Positions 1 through 9,405 of a stretch of DNA of 64,000 bases are shown one piece after another. Source of the stretch: a virus; the IMG/VR virus record IMGVR_UViG_3300029258_004290, positions 22,915 through 86,914 of that record, one strand, 5' to 3'. Every line of letters begins with the position of its first letter. Position 1 is the first letter of the stretch. The translations under genes and the position numbers were made by a program. Below the pieces are notes generated by a model. The model searched no databases. It was not told the DNA's origin and worked only from the letters and a program-made list of their open reading frames with translations.

Positions 1-147
1 GCCGCTCGCTTACTCGTGGCAACGGTGGTGGAGCCCGTTGTGGTGTCCGCCTGGTTGGCCGTACACGACGGTTGACGCGCCGAACTCCTCCGGCGCGATA
101 CAAGGAAGCGTGGTCATCAATGGGGTGACGTATGAGGCGAAGCGTGA

Positions 148-453
148 ATGCTGAGCAAGAGAGACAGGCGCTGCATCCGCCACATGGCCATGACGGCGCC
201 GCTGCGGTACCCCCAGGTCCTGCGGCCGGAGCAGCAGCGGAGGATAGCGCTGCTCCTGGCGAGGCTCGAGGGGCTCGAGGACGGTCTGGCGGGGAAGGAC
301 ACGGAGGCGGAGTGGCGGAAGGCGTGTGGGCCTGTCCGGCGTGCGGGGGCACGACGTTCAAGAAGAACATCGTCAGGCCGGGCGTCTGGCGGTGCGAGGC
401 GTGCCGGCGCGAGTGGTCGACGCTCGCGCTCGTGCGCTCGGCGCGCTAAGTAA
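148..453 (+). CDS. hypothetical protein (3' part overlaps next gene)
   Basis: ATG overlaps stop of an upstream partial ORF (2..154); first ~60 codons look coding. Confidence 0.45.
   Translation: MLSKRDRRCIRHMAMTAPLRYPQVLRPEQQRRIALLLARLEGLEDGLAGKDTEAEWRKACGPVRRAGARRSRRTSSGRASGGARRAGASGRRSRSCARRAK
312..449 (+). CDS. small zinc-ribbon protein
   Basis: GGAGG then GTG at 312; CPACGG...CEAC motifs. Confidence 0.55.
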   Translation: MAEGVWACPACGGTTFKKNIVRPGVWRCEACRREWSTLALVRSAR

Positions 454-463
454 GGAGGGGATC

Positions 464-784
464 ATGAGAGAGAGCAGGTGGATTTTCGTATCGGCGTTGG
501 TGGCGCTTGCCGCGGGAGCCGTGACGTGGGCGGTGCTGGACTACGCCAACAAGCCGGCGCAGGCAGCTGTCGCGTCGCCGCCGGCGGTGCACTTCGTGGA
601 GCTGCCGGTGCTCCATGAGGGGGCGCGGCTTTACGCGGCCCGGACGCCGGAGGGCTGGCTCGTGTGGGGCCGCGGTGGGGGTTTGACGTACGTCCCGGAC
701 CCCGATATGAAGTGGGGGCCGGCCGCGGCGGAGCTGCGTGAGCTCGAGGGATTGATGCCGGCTAAGGGACACGCGTCCCGGTGA
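464..784 (+). CDS. hypothetical membrane-anchored protein
   Basis: AAGGAGG RBS before ATG 464; N-terminal hydrophobic helix WIFVSALVALAAGAVTWAVL. Confidence 0.75.
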   Translation: MRESRWIFVSALVALAAGAVTWAVLDYANKPAQAAVASPPAVHFVELPVLHEGARLYAARTPEGWLVWGRGGGLTYVPDPDMKWGPAAAELRELEGLMPAKGHASR

Positions 785-1722
785 GTTTCTGGAGGGACGT
801 CCTGCGGCCCTGGCTGAAGTATCTGGCGATCGTCGGCATCGTCGCGGCGGTCATCGGCCTGTGGTGCTGGCTGGTCCTGGGGTGCGACGGCAACGAGACG
901 CCGCCGCAGGCGCGGGAGTACCCCGACGACTTCAGCATCGGGACGCACCCGAGGACGCAGGCCGGAGAGCGCAGCTTCCACAATGGGGTGAAGCTCTACA
1001 ACCTCAGGGAGTACGAGGACGCGGAGGTCCTGCTGGCGAAGTACGTCTTCGAGAAGGGCAGGTTGGAGGCCCGGCCGATGGCCTACCTGCTCCTAGGGGA
1101 GATCCAGCGGGAGAAGGACGACCACTGCGGGTCGATACCGTACTACGAGCACGCGCTGAAGTACGGCAGTCCGTACGTCCGGCACCACGCCGGGGTCAAC
1201 CTCGTCTACGCGGCCCTGCGGTGCGACCGCGTGGACCTCGCCGAGCAGGTTTCCACCAATCTCATGAATGACAGCGAGGCCCGGTTTCGGAAGGCCGACG
1301 TCGGGGCGAACGACGACATCGAGACGGCGCGGGCGTTCGTCTACCGGCGGATGGGCCACGACGCGGCGAACAAGGGGTGGTGGGTCACCGCGGTCGATAA
1401 CTACCATTGCGCCTTGGAGCTGAGGCCGGACCTGGTGGACGTGGCCTGCGACAAGGCGTGGGCTCTGCTGCGCCTGGCTGAGACGGTGTGGCGAAGCGGC
1501 CTGCGCGACCGGAGCATGCGGCACCTGGTGGATGCGAAGGACATCCTCTACGACCCGAGGTACTCCCGCTTCGATGACGGCCGGTGCGCCGACCTGCGCG
1601 TGGAGATCGAGAGCGAGATCACCCGGCAGTACGGCTTGACGGTCGGCCGGGACAAGGCGAGATACGAGGATCCGCGGCACATGCGGATCCTGGCGGAGAT
1701 AACGAACGGAGGAGGCAGCTGA
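781..1722 (+). CDS. TPR-repeat membrane protein / putative lipoprotein
   Basis: N-terminal TM ending LVLGC; TPR-like helices (FHNGVKLYNLREYEDA, AYLLLGEI..., YHCALELRPD). Confidence 0.7.
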   Translation: MSFWRDVLRPWLKYLAIVGIVAAVIGLWCWLVLGCDGNETPPQAREYPDDFSIGTHPRTQAGERSFHNGVKLYNLREYEDAEVLLAKYVFEKGRLEARPMAYLLLGEIQREKDDHCGSIPYYEHALKYGSPYVRHHAGVNLVYAALRCDRVDLAEQVSTNLMNDSEARFRKADVGANDDIETARAFVYRRMGHDAANKGWWVTAVDNYHCALELRPDLVDVACDKAWALLRLAETVWRSGLRDRSMRHLVDAKDILYDPRYSRFDDGRCADLRVEIESEITRQYGLTVGRDKARYEDPRHMRILAEITNGGGS

Positions 1723-1940
1723 TGCCAGTGAAAAAGAGGAAACCGCGGAGGCGGGTGAAGAAGGCGGTCGCAAAGGCCCGGGACCGGAAAGACCCGGGCT
1801 TCAAGATCGTGAAGGTGACGAAGGTGGGGTTCGGGGAGCTCGAGGTCGTCGTACGCGTCTCGCTGCTCAATGTCCTGAAGAAGGCGGTCGCCGCAGCGGT
1901 GGCCGGGATAGCGAAGAGGAAAGCGAGGAAAGCGAAGTGA
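1722..1940 (+). CDS. small basic hypothetical protein
   Basis: GGAGG RBS, TGATG coupling; Lys/Arg-rich. Confidence 0.65.
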   Translation: MPVKKRKPRRRVKKAVAKARDRKDPGFKIVKVTKVGFGELEVVVRVSLLNVLKKAVAAAVAGIAKRKARKAK

Positions 1941-2278
1941 GAAAGACCATCGACACGAACAGGGCCCTCGAGGCGCTGGACCGGGAGGCGACGCAGTGCG
2001 ACCTGCTCGCCGGCCAGGCGGTGCGGAAGGGCGACGAGAAGAACGCGCAGCGGTTCGCGGGGGCGGGCTCGCTCGCCTTGTCGCTGGCGGCCGCGATCCG
2101 CGCGGACAACTGGCCGACGCCTGCCAAGGAGCAGGAGGCCGAGAACCTGATGGCCGGCCTCGACAAGGCGGCGAAGGCCGCGGAGAAGGCCGTGGAGGAC
2201 GCGAAGGCCGGCGCGAAGGAGCCCGCGGCCGTGGACGGCGGAAAGGCGAAAGACGACGGGAAGGGGGCGGCCCAATGA
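1937..2278 (+). CDS. hypothetical protein
   Basis: GTGA coupling, phage-like codon use. Confidence 0.65.
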   Translation: MRKTIDTNRALEALDREATQCDLLAGQAVRKGDEKNAQRFAGAGSLALSLAAAIRADNWPTPAKEQEAENLMAGLDKAAKAAEKAVEDAKAGAKEPAAVDGGKAKDDGKGAAQ

Positions 2279-2637
2279 GCCTGGAGGAGAGGAAGCCGAC
2301 GTTCAAGGAGCGCAGCGAGTGCTGCAAGAAGGCGTTCACCGACGGCCTGAAGACCGCGATCCTGCAGGTGCTCCGCACGCTGCGGGACGAGGCGAAGCTG
2401 CCGGACGTGCTCGGGCAGGGCATGTACTTCGCGATGGGCGAGGAGTGCGAGTGCCCGTACGGCGAGGGGCCGGACCGCAACACGTGGATGGCCGGCTGGA
2501 TGAGGGCGTGCCGTCAGGACCACGCCAACAGGGCGCAGAAGGAGGGCCGCGACCGGGACAAGGCTGTGGTTGAGGAGGCCCAGAAGGCCATAGACCGGTT
2601 CGGCGAGAAGCTGGGCTTCATGGCCGCCAACGTCTAG
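2275..2637 (+). CDS. hypothetical protein with Rmf/CrpP-like motif
   Basis: ATGA coupling; GMYFAMGEECECPYGEGPDRNTWMAGWMRA resembles Rmf G..G....CPY....R..W..GW. Confidence 0.6.
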   Translation: MSLEERKPTFKERSECCKKAFTDGLKTAILQVLRTLRDEAKLPDVLGQGMYFAMGEECECPYGEGPDRNTWMAGWMRACRQDHANRAQKEGRDRDKAVVEEAQKAIDRFGEKLGFMAANV

Positions 2638-2641
2638 AGCC

Positions 2642-2899
2642 GTGGGAAAGCCGAGAAGGCGGGCGCTGCGCTGCCCGGTGTGCCGGGGGAAGATGGTCGT
2701 GACGCGCAACCGCGTCGACTACCCCGTCGTCTACGAGGTGAACGGCACGCCGCACCCCGACAGGAGGACGCCGCCGACCGCCGAGGCGAGCGCGGTCTGC
2801 CTGTGCGGGGCCGCGGTCGACCTGTCGGGCGACGGGCACAAGGTCGCCGACTTCGTGTCCGGCCTCGAGCTCGGAGACCTGCGGGCGGTCTCGCTGTGA
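2642..2899 (+). CDS. zinc-finger hypothetical protein
   Basis: CPVC ... CLCG motifs. Confidence 0.6.
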   Translation: MGKPRRRALRCPVCRGKMVVTRNRVDYPVVYEVNGTPHPDRRTPPTAEASAVCLCGAAVDLSGDGHKVADFVSGLELGDLRAVSL

Positions 2900-3117
2900 A
2901 GAGGGGGAAGGCCGTCTACACGTCGGGGAAGGTCGTGGCGTGCGTGGCCGAGGACTCGGCCGGCGTCACGCAGGTCTGCATCGAGTACCCGGAGCAGTCG
3001 CACACGGCGGCGGTGTGGGTGCCGCTAGGGGAGTTCGGCGACCTGCGCGAGATCGTGAGGCAGGTCGAGACGTACGAGCTGACCGGCCCGACGCGGCGGG
3101 AGACGCTGGGACGGTGA
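2896..3117 (+). CDS. hypothetical protein
   Basis: GTGA coupling to upstream stop. Confidence 0.55.
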   Translation: MKRGKAVYTSGKVVACVAEDSAGVTQVCIEYPEQSHTAAVWVPLGEFGDLREIVRQVETYELTGPTRRETLGR

Positions 3118-3263
3118 GGTGGCGGATCGCCCTGGCGCGCCGCGTCGCGGCCGGGAAGAGGATCGGGGCGTCGGTGGGCGCGCCGCGGCGGCTGGCCTCG
3201 TGGGTCGGCGACAGGTTCCGGTGGCTGCACGGGTACGATCCCGAGACGGAGGGGGCGTGGTAG
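3114..3263 (+). CDS. hypothetical protein
   Basis: GTGA coupling; fills gap between neighbours. Confidence 0.45.
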   Translation: MRWRIALARRVAAGKRIGASVGAPRRLASWVGDRFRWLHGYDPETEGAW

Positions 3264-3466
3264 CGGGCAGGCGAGCGGGCGTGTGGAGGTGGCTGGCGCC
3301 GGTCCTCGCCGGGCTGGTCGCGACGCTGGCGCCGATCGCGTACCGGTGCTACGAGGACAACCGGACGGAGCCGCCGGGGAGGATCGTCATCGAGCAGCGC
3401 GTCGTCGGCGGAGGGGGCGGGGGCGTGACGATCGACAAGACAGTCACGGTGCGGAGCAACCGGTGA
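3257..3466 (+). CDS. small membrane protein
   Basis: GGAGG RBS; hydrophobic WRWLAPVLAGLVATLAPIAY. Confidence 0.55.
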   Translation: MVAGRRAGVWRWLAPVLAGLVATLAPIAYRCYEDNRTEPPGRIVIEQRVVGGGGGGVTIDKTVTVRSNR

Positions 3467-3535
3467 CCAGGGAGCTGGCGTTGCGCCTGGAGTTCACCCG
3501 CCGCGTCATCGAGGAGATCGTGAGGCGGCTGCGGC

Positions 3536-5341
3536 GTGCCTAGCCTCGAGAACCTGAAGAGGGAGGCGGAGCTCCGCAAGGAGAAGCTGCGGCGGGACAG
3601 CCGCAAGCTCTTCTGGGCGCTCTACCACCACCGCAACACGAGGGGGAGGCGCATGTCCTTCAGGGACGCGCGCTTCCTCGTCCCCATCTACAAGGCGCTC
3701 GACGCGCACCGCGAGGTCGTGCTCGAGAAGAGCGTGCAGTGCGGGATCAGCGAGGCGTTCGTCATCTCCCACCTGGAGGAGGCGGCGAGGGGCTTGGCCG
3801 TCATCTACGCGCTGCCGACCGGGGACCTGCGGAACGGGTTCGTCCAGCACAGGGTCAACAAGCCGATCAAGGACATCCCGCTCTACGCCAGGATCCTGAA
3901 GGACACACCGGTCGCGAGGGCCGACAGCGTGAGGCAGAAGAACTTCGGGCGGGGCGTGATAAGGTACGCGGCGTCGGACGTCGTGGAGAGCTGGAAGGAA
4001 TTCCCGGCGGACGCGGTCTACCTCGACGAGAAGGACGAGATGGACCAGGACGTCATCAGGATGGCGCCGGACAGGCTGAAGTCGTCGGAGCACAGGCTCT
4101 TCAGGGCGGTGAGCAACCCGACGGTCGAGAACTACGGGATCGACGTGGACTGGAGGGAGTCGAGCAAGGGCCTGTGGCACGTGAGGTGCGGGTGCGGGGC
4201 GTGGCAGCCGCTCGAGTGGTACCGGAACGTGGTGAGGCGGGTCGGCGACGGGGAGTGGGAGTTCCTCGACAGAGAGTGGGACCCGGAGGACCCGGCGTCG
4301 GAGCTGAGGCCGGTGTGCGGGGAGTGCGGGAGGCCGCTGGACCGCTTCATGGCCGGGGAGTACGTGCACGAGAGGCCGGGGGCCAGGAAGCGCGGCTTCA
4401 GGGTGGACCAGACGTTCGGCGCGCCGAAGGTGCCGCTGCGGGAGGTCGGCGAGTGGTTCCTGAAGTCTAGGGGGAGCGCGCACGCGGAGCAGCTGTTCGA
4501 CAACAGCGCGTGCGGGATGCCGCACTCGAGCTCCGAGAACAGGGTGGACAGGGCCGCGCTCAGGGGGTGCGAGGTCCCCGGGGCGCGGAGGGCCAGGCCG
4601 CGGGCGGAGGGCGAGGAGCCGCTGCGGAACGCGGTGGCCGGGATCGACGTCGGCAAGCGGTGGAACATGGTGGTCAGGCAGGCGTTCAGGGCCGGCGAGG
4701 GGCTGCGGGCGCCGCTCGTCTGGTGCGGCGTCGTGGACGGCCCGGAGGGCGCGCGGGCGGAGCTGAGGAGGTGGGGCGTGAAGCGCGCCGTGGTGGACGC
4801 GCTGCCCGAGGCGAGGCTCGTGAAGGAGGCGCAGAAGCAGGAGAAGGGCCTGTGGAGGTGCTACTTCTCCGACTCCGCTAAGTACCCCATCGTGAATAGA
4901 GACGAGAGGGCCCTGACGCTGGACAGGACGGAGGCCATCGACGCCGTGCTGGCGCTGGTGAGGGCGCGGGGGTACGAGAACCCGCCCTGGCTGATGGACG
5001 TCCCCGACTACGCCGACCAGATGGGGGCGAACACCAGGGTCTTCGTCGAGAAGCGCGGCCGGTTCGCCTGGCTGCAGACCGGGCCGGACCACTACCTCCT
5101 GGCGGAGGCCTACTGCGTCCAGGCCGCGCTGATGACGGTGAAGGTCGACTTCCTGGACTTCTACAAGGACGCGAGCGGAGAGGCCCAGGACGAGATCGAG
5201 AGGCTCGCGGCCCAGGAGCCGTCGTTCGGCCAGAAGGTGGCGGCGGCGACCGAGGGCATGAGGCCGGACCAGGCGCTCGCGGCGATCGCGAGGCTGAACG
5301 GGTCTGAGGCCGCGCCGCCGGGGATACTCGGCGGCTTCTGA
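3536..5341 (+). CDS. terL: terminase large subunit (GpA/SPO1-like)
   Basis: ATPase motifs VVLEKSVQCGISE, YALPT, VYLDEKDEM, SNPT; Zn motifs CGCG/CGEC; nuclease motifs AGIDVG, VVDALP, PDHYLLA. Confidence 0.92.
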   Translation: MPSLENLKREAELRKEKLRRDSRKLFWALYHHRNTRGRRMSFRDARFLVPIYKALDAHREVVLEKSVQCGISEAFVISHLEEAARGLAVIYALPTGDLRNGFVQHRVNKPIKDIPLYARILKDTPVARADSVRQKNFGRGVIRYAASDVVESWKEFPADAVYLDEKDEMDQDVIRMAPDRLKSSEHRLFRAVSNPTVENYGIDVDWRESSKGLWHVRCGCGAWQPLEWYRNVVRRVGDGEWEFLDREWDPEDPASELRPVCGECGRPLDRFMAGEYVHERPGARKRGFRVDQTFGAPKVPLREVGEWFLKSRGSAHAEQLFDNSACGMPHSSSENRVDRAALRGCEVPGARRARPRAEGEEPLRNAVAGIDVGKRWNMVVRQAFRAGEGLRAPLVWCGVVDGPEGARAELRRWGVKRAVVDALPEARLVKEAQKQEKGLWRCYFSDSAKYPIVNRDERALTLDRTEAIDAVLALVRARGYENPPWLMDVPDYADQMGANTRVFVEKRGRFAWLQTGPDHYLLAEAYCVQAALMTVKVDFLDFYKDASGEAQDEIERLAAQEPSFGQKVAAATEGMRPDQALAAIARLNGSEAAPPGILGGF

Positions 5342-5352
5342 GGGGAGAGAAG

Positions 5353-5781
5353 ATGGAAGAGGGCCAGGACGTCAGGGAGCTCGAGACGCGCGTCAGCGTG
5401 GTCGCCGAGCCCGTCATACTGAGGCCGCGGTGCCAGCACGGCCACGAGTGCCCGCACGCCGGGTCGCACGAGACGACCGGCGAGCCGGAGACCCTGTCGG
5501 TCGACGCGGCGGACCTGGTCGAGCTGGCGCAGTCCAACCCGGGCCACCAGCCGCCGGAGCCGTGGCACGCGAGGATGACGCTCCGCGACGGGCGGAGGTT
5601 CGTCCTGCGCGCCGAGAGGGACTTCGCGGCGCTGGTCGAGGCGCACCGGAACAGGCTGCGGATCGACATCCTCGCGGAGCAGGCCAGGCAGGCCGAGGTC
5701 TGGTTGCGGCGGCACGGGCACGAGGGGCTGGCGGTCGAGGCCTGCGCCGAGCGCGCCGAGCTGACCGGGGCGGGCGAGTGA
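5353..5781 (+). CDS. hypothetical protein
   Basis: GAGGGGAG RBS; coding-like codon use. Confidence 0.65.
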   Translation: MEEGQDVRELETRVSVVAEPVILRPRCQHGHECPHAGSHETTGEPETLSVDAADLVELAQSNPGHQPPEPWHARMTLRDGRRFVLRAERDFAALVEAHRNRLRIDILAEQARQAEVWLRRHGHEGLAVEACAERAELTGAGE

Positions 5782-6113
5782 GCGCCCTGGTCTGCCCCTG
5801 CGGCGGCAGGGTGAGGGCGAGCGACGACCTCATGACCCTCGAGTGCGGCAAGTGCAAGGAGAGGTGGACCGGCGCGGACGCGGTCGACCTGCTCCGGACG
5901 GTCAACGAGGGCTCGGCGTCGCCACTGGACGCGGTCGACGAGCTGGTCGGGGCGCAGCGGAAACTGGCCGCCAGGATGGCGGCGGAGATCAGCGAGGACC
6001 GCACGGACGAGAAGAGGCGCCGGGCCGAGAGGGACCTGGCGCAGGCGAGGAAGAACGACGCGGAGCACACGCCGGAGAGGCTGAACGCGATCATGGGAGG
6101 AAAGACATGCTGA
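5778..6113 (+). CDS. zinc-ribbon hypothetical protein
   Basis: GTGA coupling; CPCGG...CGKC. Confidence 0.65.
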   Translation: MSALVCPCGGRVRASDDLMTLECGKCKERWTGADAVDLLRTVNEGSASPLDAVDELVGAQRKLAARMAAEISEDRTDEKRRRAERDLAQARKNDAEHTPERLNAIMGGKTC

Positions 6114-6355
6114 CGACGAAGAACACAGAAGACGGGAAGAAGAGGGGCGACGACAAGCCCAAGGCGAGGAAGAAGGCCGAGCCGAAGCCGTGCAAGGGCC
6201 ACGTCTTCAAGGTGGACCCCGGGCACGCGGGCCCGGCGGTGAAGTACGGGCGGGACGGGGCCGTCACGGTCGCGCCGGCGACCTGCGAGAACTGCGGGCG
6301 GACGACGATCGAGGCCGTCAACGAGGCGCTCGAGGGCGCCGAGTTCAGGCGGTAG
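6107..6355 (+). CDS. hypothetical protein
   Basis: GGAGG RBS; CKGH...CENCG. Confidence 0.6.
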   Translation: MLTTKNTEDGKKRGDDKPKARKKAEPKPCKGHVFKVDPGHAGPAVKYGRDGAVTVAPATCENCGRTTIEAVNEALEGAEFRR

Positions 6356-6478
6356 CGTGGTCCACTGGGCCTGGGTGCTGATCGCGTTCGCGGGGGGCGC
6401 CGCCGCCATGCTAGGCGGCATGGCCTTGGCGGTGCTGTCCGACCTGGGCCCGCACCACCGGCCCAGGGGGCGGAAGCC

Positions 6479-6823
6479 GTGACGCGCTACCCGCAGGTCC
6501 GCAGGTTCCCCCTGACGAGGGAGGGCGACGCCGCCAGGCACGCGAGCAAGGGCGGCATCGCCCTCGTCGTGCACCCGTCCAAGAAGATAGGGTACGACCG
6601 CAGGACCGCGGAGTTCGGGATCCTGATGCACAACGTCCGGGGCGTGCTCGAGCAGTTCGCCTCCAACCTCGGGAACAAGTACCCGACCATCACGCGGCGG
6701 TCCGCGAGGTGCTGGGAGGCGCAGCTGTTCGGCAAGCCGCTCGAGAACGCGAAGGGGCGGTCCGCGCCGGCGAGCCGGTTCGGCGTCTGCCAGGGGCTGA
6801 AGCGGCTCAGGAGGGCGAAGTGA
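6479..6823 (+). CDS. hypothetical protein
   Basis: ORF with coding-like codon use, coupled to next gene. Confidence 0.55.
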   Translation: MTRYPQVRRFPLTREGDAARHASKGGIALVVHPSKKIGYDRRTAEFGILMHNVRGVLEQFASNLGNKYPTITRRSARCWEAQLFGKPLENAKGRSAPASRFGVCQGLKRLRRAK

Positions 6824-7089
6824 CGAACACGGCCTACTTCATAGGCGCCGCGGACTACGCCCTGTACGGGGACAGCCGCAAGTGCCCGTACCCGGAAGGG
6901 ACGGAGGAGCGCGCGGCGTGGATCAAGGGCTGGGGCCGTGCCATGCGGCGCGACGAGGCCGCTAAGGCGGGGGTGCCTTGGGGCAAGGTCGGGCGGGGAA
7001 AGCTGACGGGAGACGCTAGGCGGGATGAGGCCGTCCAAAGGTTTACCCGCATGTCGAGGCTCCGGATACAGAGGGTGATCGCGAAGTGA
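6820..7089 (+). CDS. Rmf/CrpP-fold-like protein
   Basis: GGAGG RBS; AYFIGAADYALYGDSRKCPYPEGTEERAAWIKGWGRAM matches the Rmf pattern. Confidence 0.65.
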   Translation: MTNTAYFIGAADYALYGDSRKCPYPEGTEERAAWIKGWGRAMRRDEAAKAGVPWGKVGRGKLTGDARRDEAVQRFTRMSRLRIQRVIAK

Positions 7090-7203
7090 AGCTGGCGATG
7101 AAGTCGAAGGTCGTCCGCGTCCCGATCCACATGCCCACCGAGCTGACGGCCCGCTAGGGCCGCCGGCAGTCTTCATACCGACAACGACCAAGGAGGAACG
7201 CAG

Positions 7204-7557
7204 ATGGAGGCGAGGCTGACCCTCGACCTGAAGATCCAGGGGACCGGCGCGGCGACGGACCAGCGCCTGGACAAGGTCATAGACTCCGTGCAGTCGCTCG
7301 GGAACGGCCTGACCGTCGTGAAGGACGTGACGGTCGCGACAGGCGGCGGCGACGTGGCGATCGACCTCACGCAGGTCGCCACGGGCACGACGCTGCTCGT
7401 GAGCGCGCCCGCCGCGCTGAGCGCGAAGGTCAACGGGGGCCCGGCCGTCCAGTTCGGGCGGCTGCTCGTCATGCACTACGATGCGGCGGTCACGTCCCTG
7501 GTCCTGGTCAACGACACCGCGGCCGACGTGACCGCGACCGTGGCGGCGGCGTCGTGA
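7204..7557 (+). CDS. putative small virion structural protein (beta-rich)
   Basis: AAGGAGG RBS; Val/Thr/Ala-rich beta-type sequence. Confidence 0.65.
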   Translation: MEARLTLDLKIQGTGAATDQRLDKVIDSVQSLGNGLTVVKDVTVATGGGDVAIDLTQVATGTTLLVSAPAALSAKVNGGPAVQFGRLLVMHYDAAVTSLVLVNDTAADVTATVAAAS

Positions 7558-8219
7558 CCGGCCTCAGGATAGGCGGGGAGAGCGAGCGCCCCCTCTCGCG
7601 GGAGCTGGCGCTGCGGGAGGCGCTGATGAAGGCCAGGTCGGGCCTCGTGCGGAAGAAGGTCACGGTCTCCCGCGGCGGCAGGACCTTCCAGACGACGGTG
7701 TGGGCCAGGCCGGATTTGACGGTCAGTGACCTGACCACCAGGCAGTACGAGGGCGTCCGGCGGGTCGTCGACGAGGCGATCGACTACGCCAAGGACAAGT
7801 ACTCGCCGTTTGCCCGCGCCGCGTTCGACAAGTACGTCGCGCACCGCAACAGCGGGCTGCCGCATCGCCAGGCCCTGGCAAGGCTGCGCGGCTCCCTGCA
7901 GAAGGAGCCGGCCGAGGCGGCCAAGAAGGGGGTCGGCGTCCCCAAGGACCTCGACGCGGCCTACGAGGAGAAGTACAAGGTCATGGAGGCCGCGGAAAAG
8001 GAGGCGCTGGCCGTCTTCAAGAAGCGCGGCATGAAGGTGCGCGACATCAGCGACCGCGCCGCCGACCGCCTCTCCGAGAACGTCGGCGACGAGCTGCAGG
8101 GCCTCATGGACAAGATCGACGAGGGAAAGCCCGTGTCCGCCAAGGAATGGAAGGCGGCGAAGGGCCGCGCCCAGGACCGGGGCGTGGACGCAATCATGGC
8201 CGCGATGGGAGAGACGTGA
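7554..8219 (+). CDS. tagged head-associated protein 1
   Basis: LMKARSGLVRKKVTVSRGGRTFQTTVWARP shared N-terminal tag. Confidence 0.8.
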   Translation: MTGLRIGGESERPLSRELALREALMKARSGLVRKKVTVSRGGRTFQTTVWARPDLTVSDLTTRQYEGVRRVVDEAIDYAKDKYSPFARAAFDKYVAHRNSGLPHRQALARLRGSLQKEPAEAAKKGVGVPKDLDAAYEEKYKVMEAAEKEALAVFKKRGMKVRDISDRAADRLSENVGDELQGLMDKIDEGKPVSAKEWKAAKGRAQDRGVDAIMAAMGET

Positions 8220-8851
8220 TGGACATCCGCCGGAAAATGGAGCTGCAAGAGCGCCTGAGGAAGGCCCGGGAGGGGCTGGTGGCCAGGAAGAAGACGGTCT
8301 ACCGCAAGGGGAAGGCCGTGCAGACGACGGTGTACGTCAGGCCGGGCGAGAAGAGGGCGGCCGATAAGGAGGCGATCCGGGCCAAAGCGGGAAAGAAGCT
8401 GGCCGGCACAGGTAAAGCCGCGATGGACGCGGCCACAGAGGCGGCAAAACGCGCGTTAGGCGCCGACGCGGTTGTTAAGTACGGGCTGCGGACTGAGTGG
8501 GACAAGAAGCCGGAGTACTATGTGGAGACGAAGGACGCCGTTTATCCCGGCGCCAAGACTCCGGGCAAGGCGGTGGAGTCCGTGGTTTCCGAGCTCAGAA
8601 ACCGGGCCGGCGACATGGGCTTTAAGACGATCGGAGAGGTGCTAGTTTACGAGCGGGGCCTCGGCCGGGCTTCGACCTTCGCCAAAAGGCTGGAAAGGGC
8701 CGGTTGGCACGAAGACGACGCGTACGACTTTGCGATCACTGCCTACGACGAGGCCGTCAGCAGGGCCACGAAGGGCGGGAAGTCCATGACCGCCGAGGTC
8801 GCCAAGAAGGCGGTCGCCGCGGCGGCGAAGGCCGTAGAGGGGGAGGCGTAA
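8219..8851 (+). CDS. tagged head-associated protein 2
   Basis: TGATG coupling; LRKAREGLVARKKTVYRKGKAVQTTVYVRP. Confidence 0.8.
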   Translation: MDIRRKMELQERLRKAREGLVARKKTVYRKGKAVQTTVYVRPGEKRAADKEAIRAKAGKKLAGTGKAAMDAATEAAKRALGADAVVKYGLRTEWDKKPEYYVETKDAVYPGAKTPGKAVESVVSELRNRAGDMGFKTIGEVLVYERGLGRASTFAKRLERAGWHEDDAYDFAITAYDEAVSRATKGGKSMTAEVAKKAVAAAAKAVEGEA

Positions 8852-9405
8852 TGGACCCGCGGAGGGTCCTGGCGAAGTCCCGCTTGGCCCGCGACGTCGA
8901 GGGGCTGCGCAAGGGCGTCTCGGCCAGGCGCCGGGCCAGGCAGGCCGGGGCGGCGGGCACGCTCGGCCTGGCGAGGCAGCGGATGACCGGCGCGCCGCGG
9001 CCCGCGTTCGCGGCCAGGGTCGCGCTGCCGGGGGAGCGGCGCGAGTGGAAGGCCGGCACGCACCAGAAGACGGCCCAGGGCGGTTGGGTCAGGGTCGCGA
9101 AGACCGGGAGGGGCGCGAGGGTGAAGGGCCCGACGAACATACCGGAGGCGAACGCGATGGTCCGCGAGGCGATGCGGGGGGCGCGGGTCGTCGCCCGCAT
9201 GGTCGGCGTGAGGCACGAGTACGCCGTCCGCGTGGGCGAGCGGGACGTGATGGTCGGCGACGACCTCGGGACGCTGGTGCACGCGTTCCAGCGTGAGCAG
9301 AAGAGGAAGGCCAGGGAAGTCAAGACCGCCGTGGACGGGGTGCGCGGCGACGCGTACTCGCCCGTCATGCGGGTGAAAGGAGCCAGGAATGTCGGCAGGA
9401 ATTGA
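8851..9405 (+). CDS. head-associated protein 3 (type-2 tag)
   Basis: TAATG coupling, GGAGG RBS; LAKS/LRKG sites and PGERREWKAGTHQKTAQGGWVRV. Confidence 0.75.
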   Translation: MDPRRVLAKSRLARDVEGLRKGVSARRRARQAGAAGTLGLARQRMTGAPRPAFAARVALPGERREWKAGTHQKTAQGGWVRVAKTGRGARVKGPTNIPEANAMVREAMRGARVVARMVGVRHEYAVRVGERDVMVGDDLGTLVHAFQREQKRKAREVKTAVDGVRGDAYSPVMRVKGARNVGRN

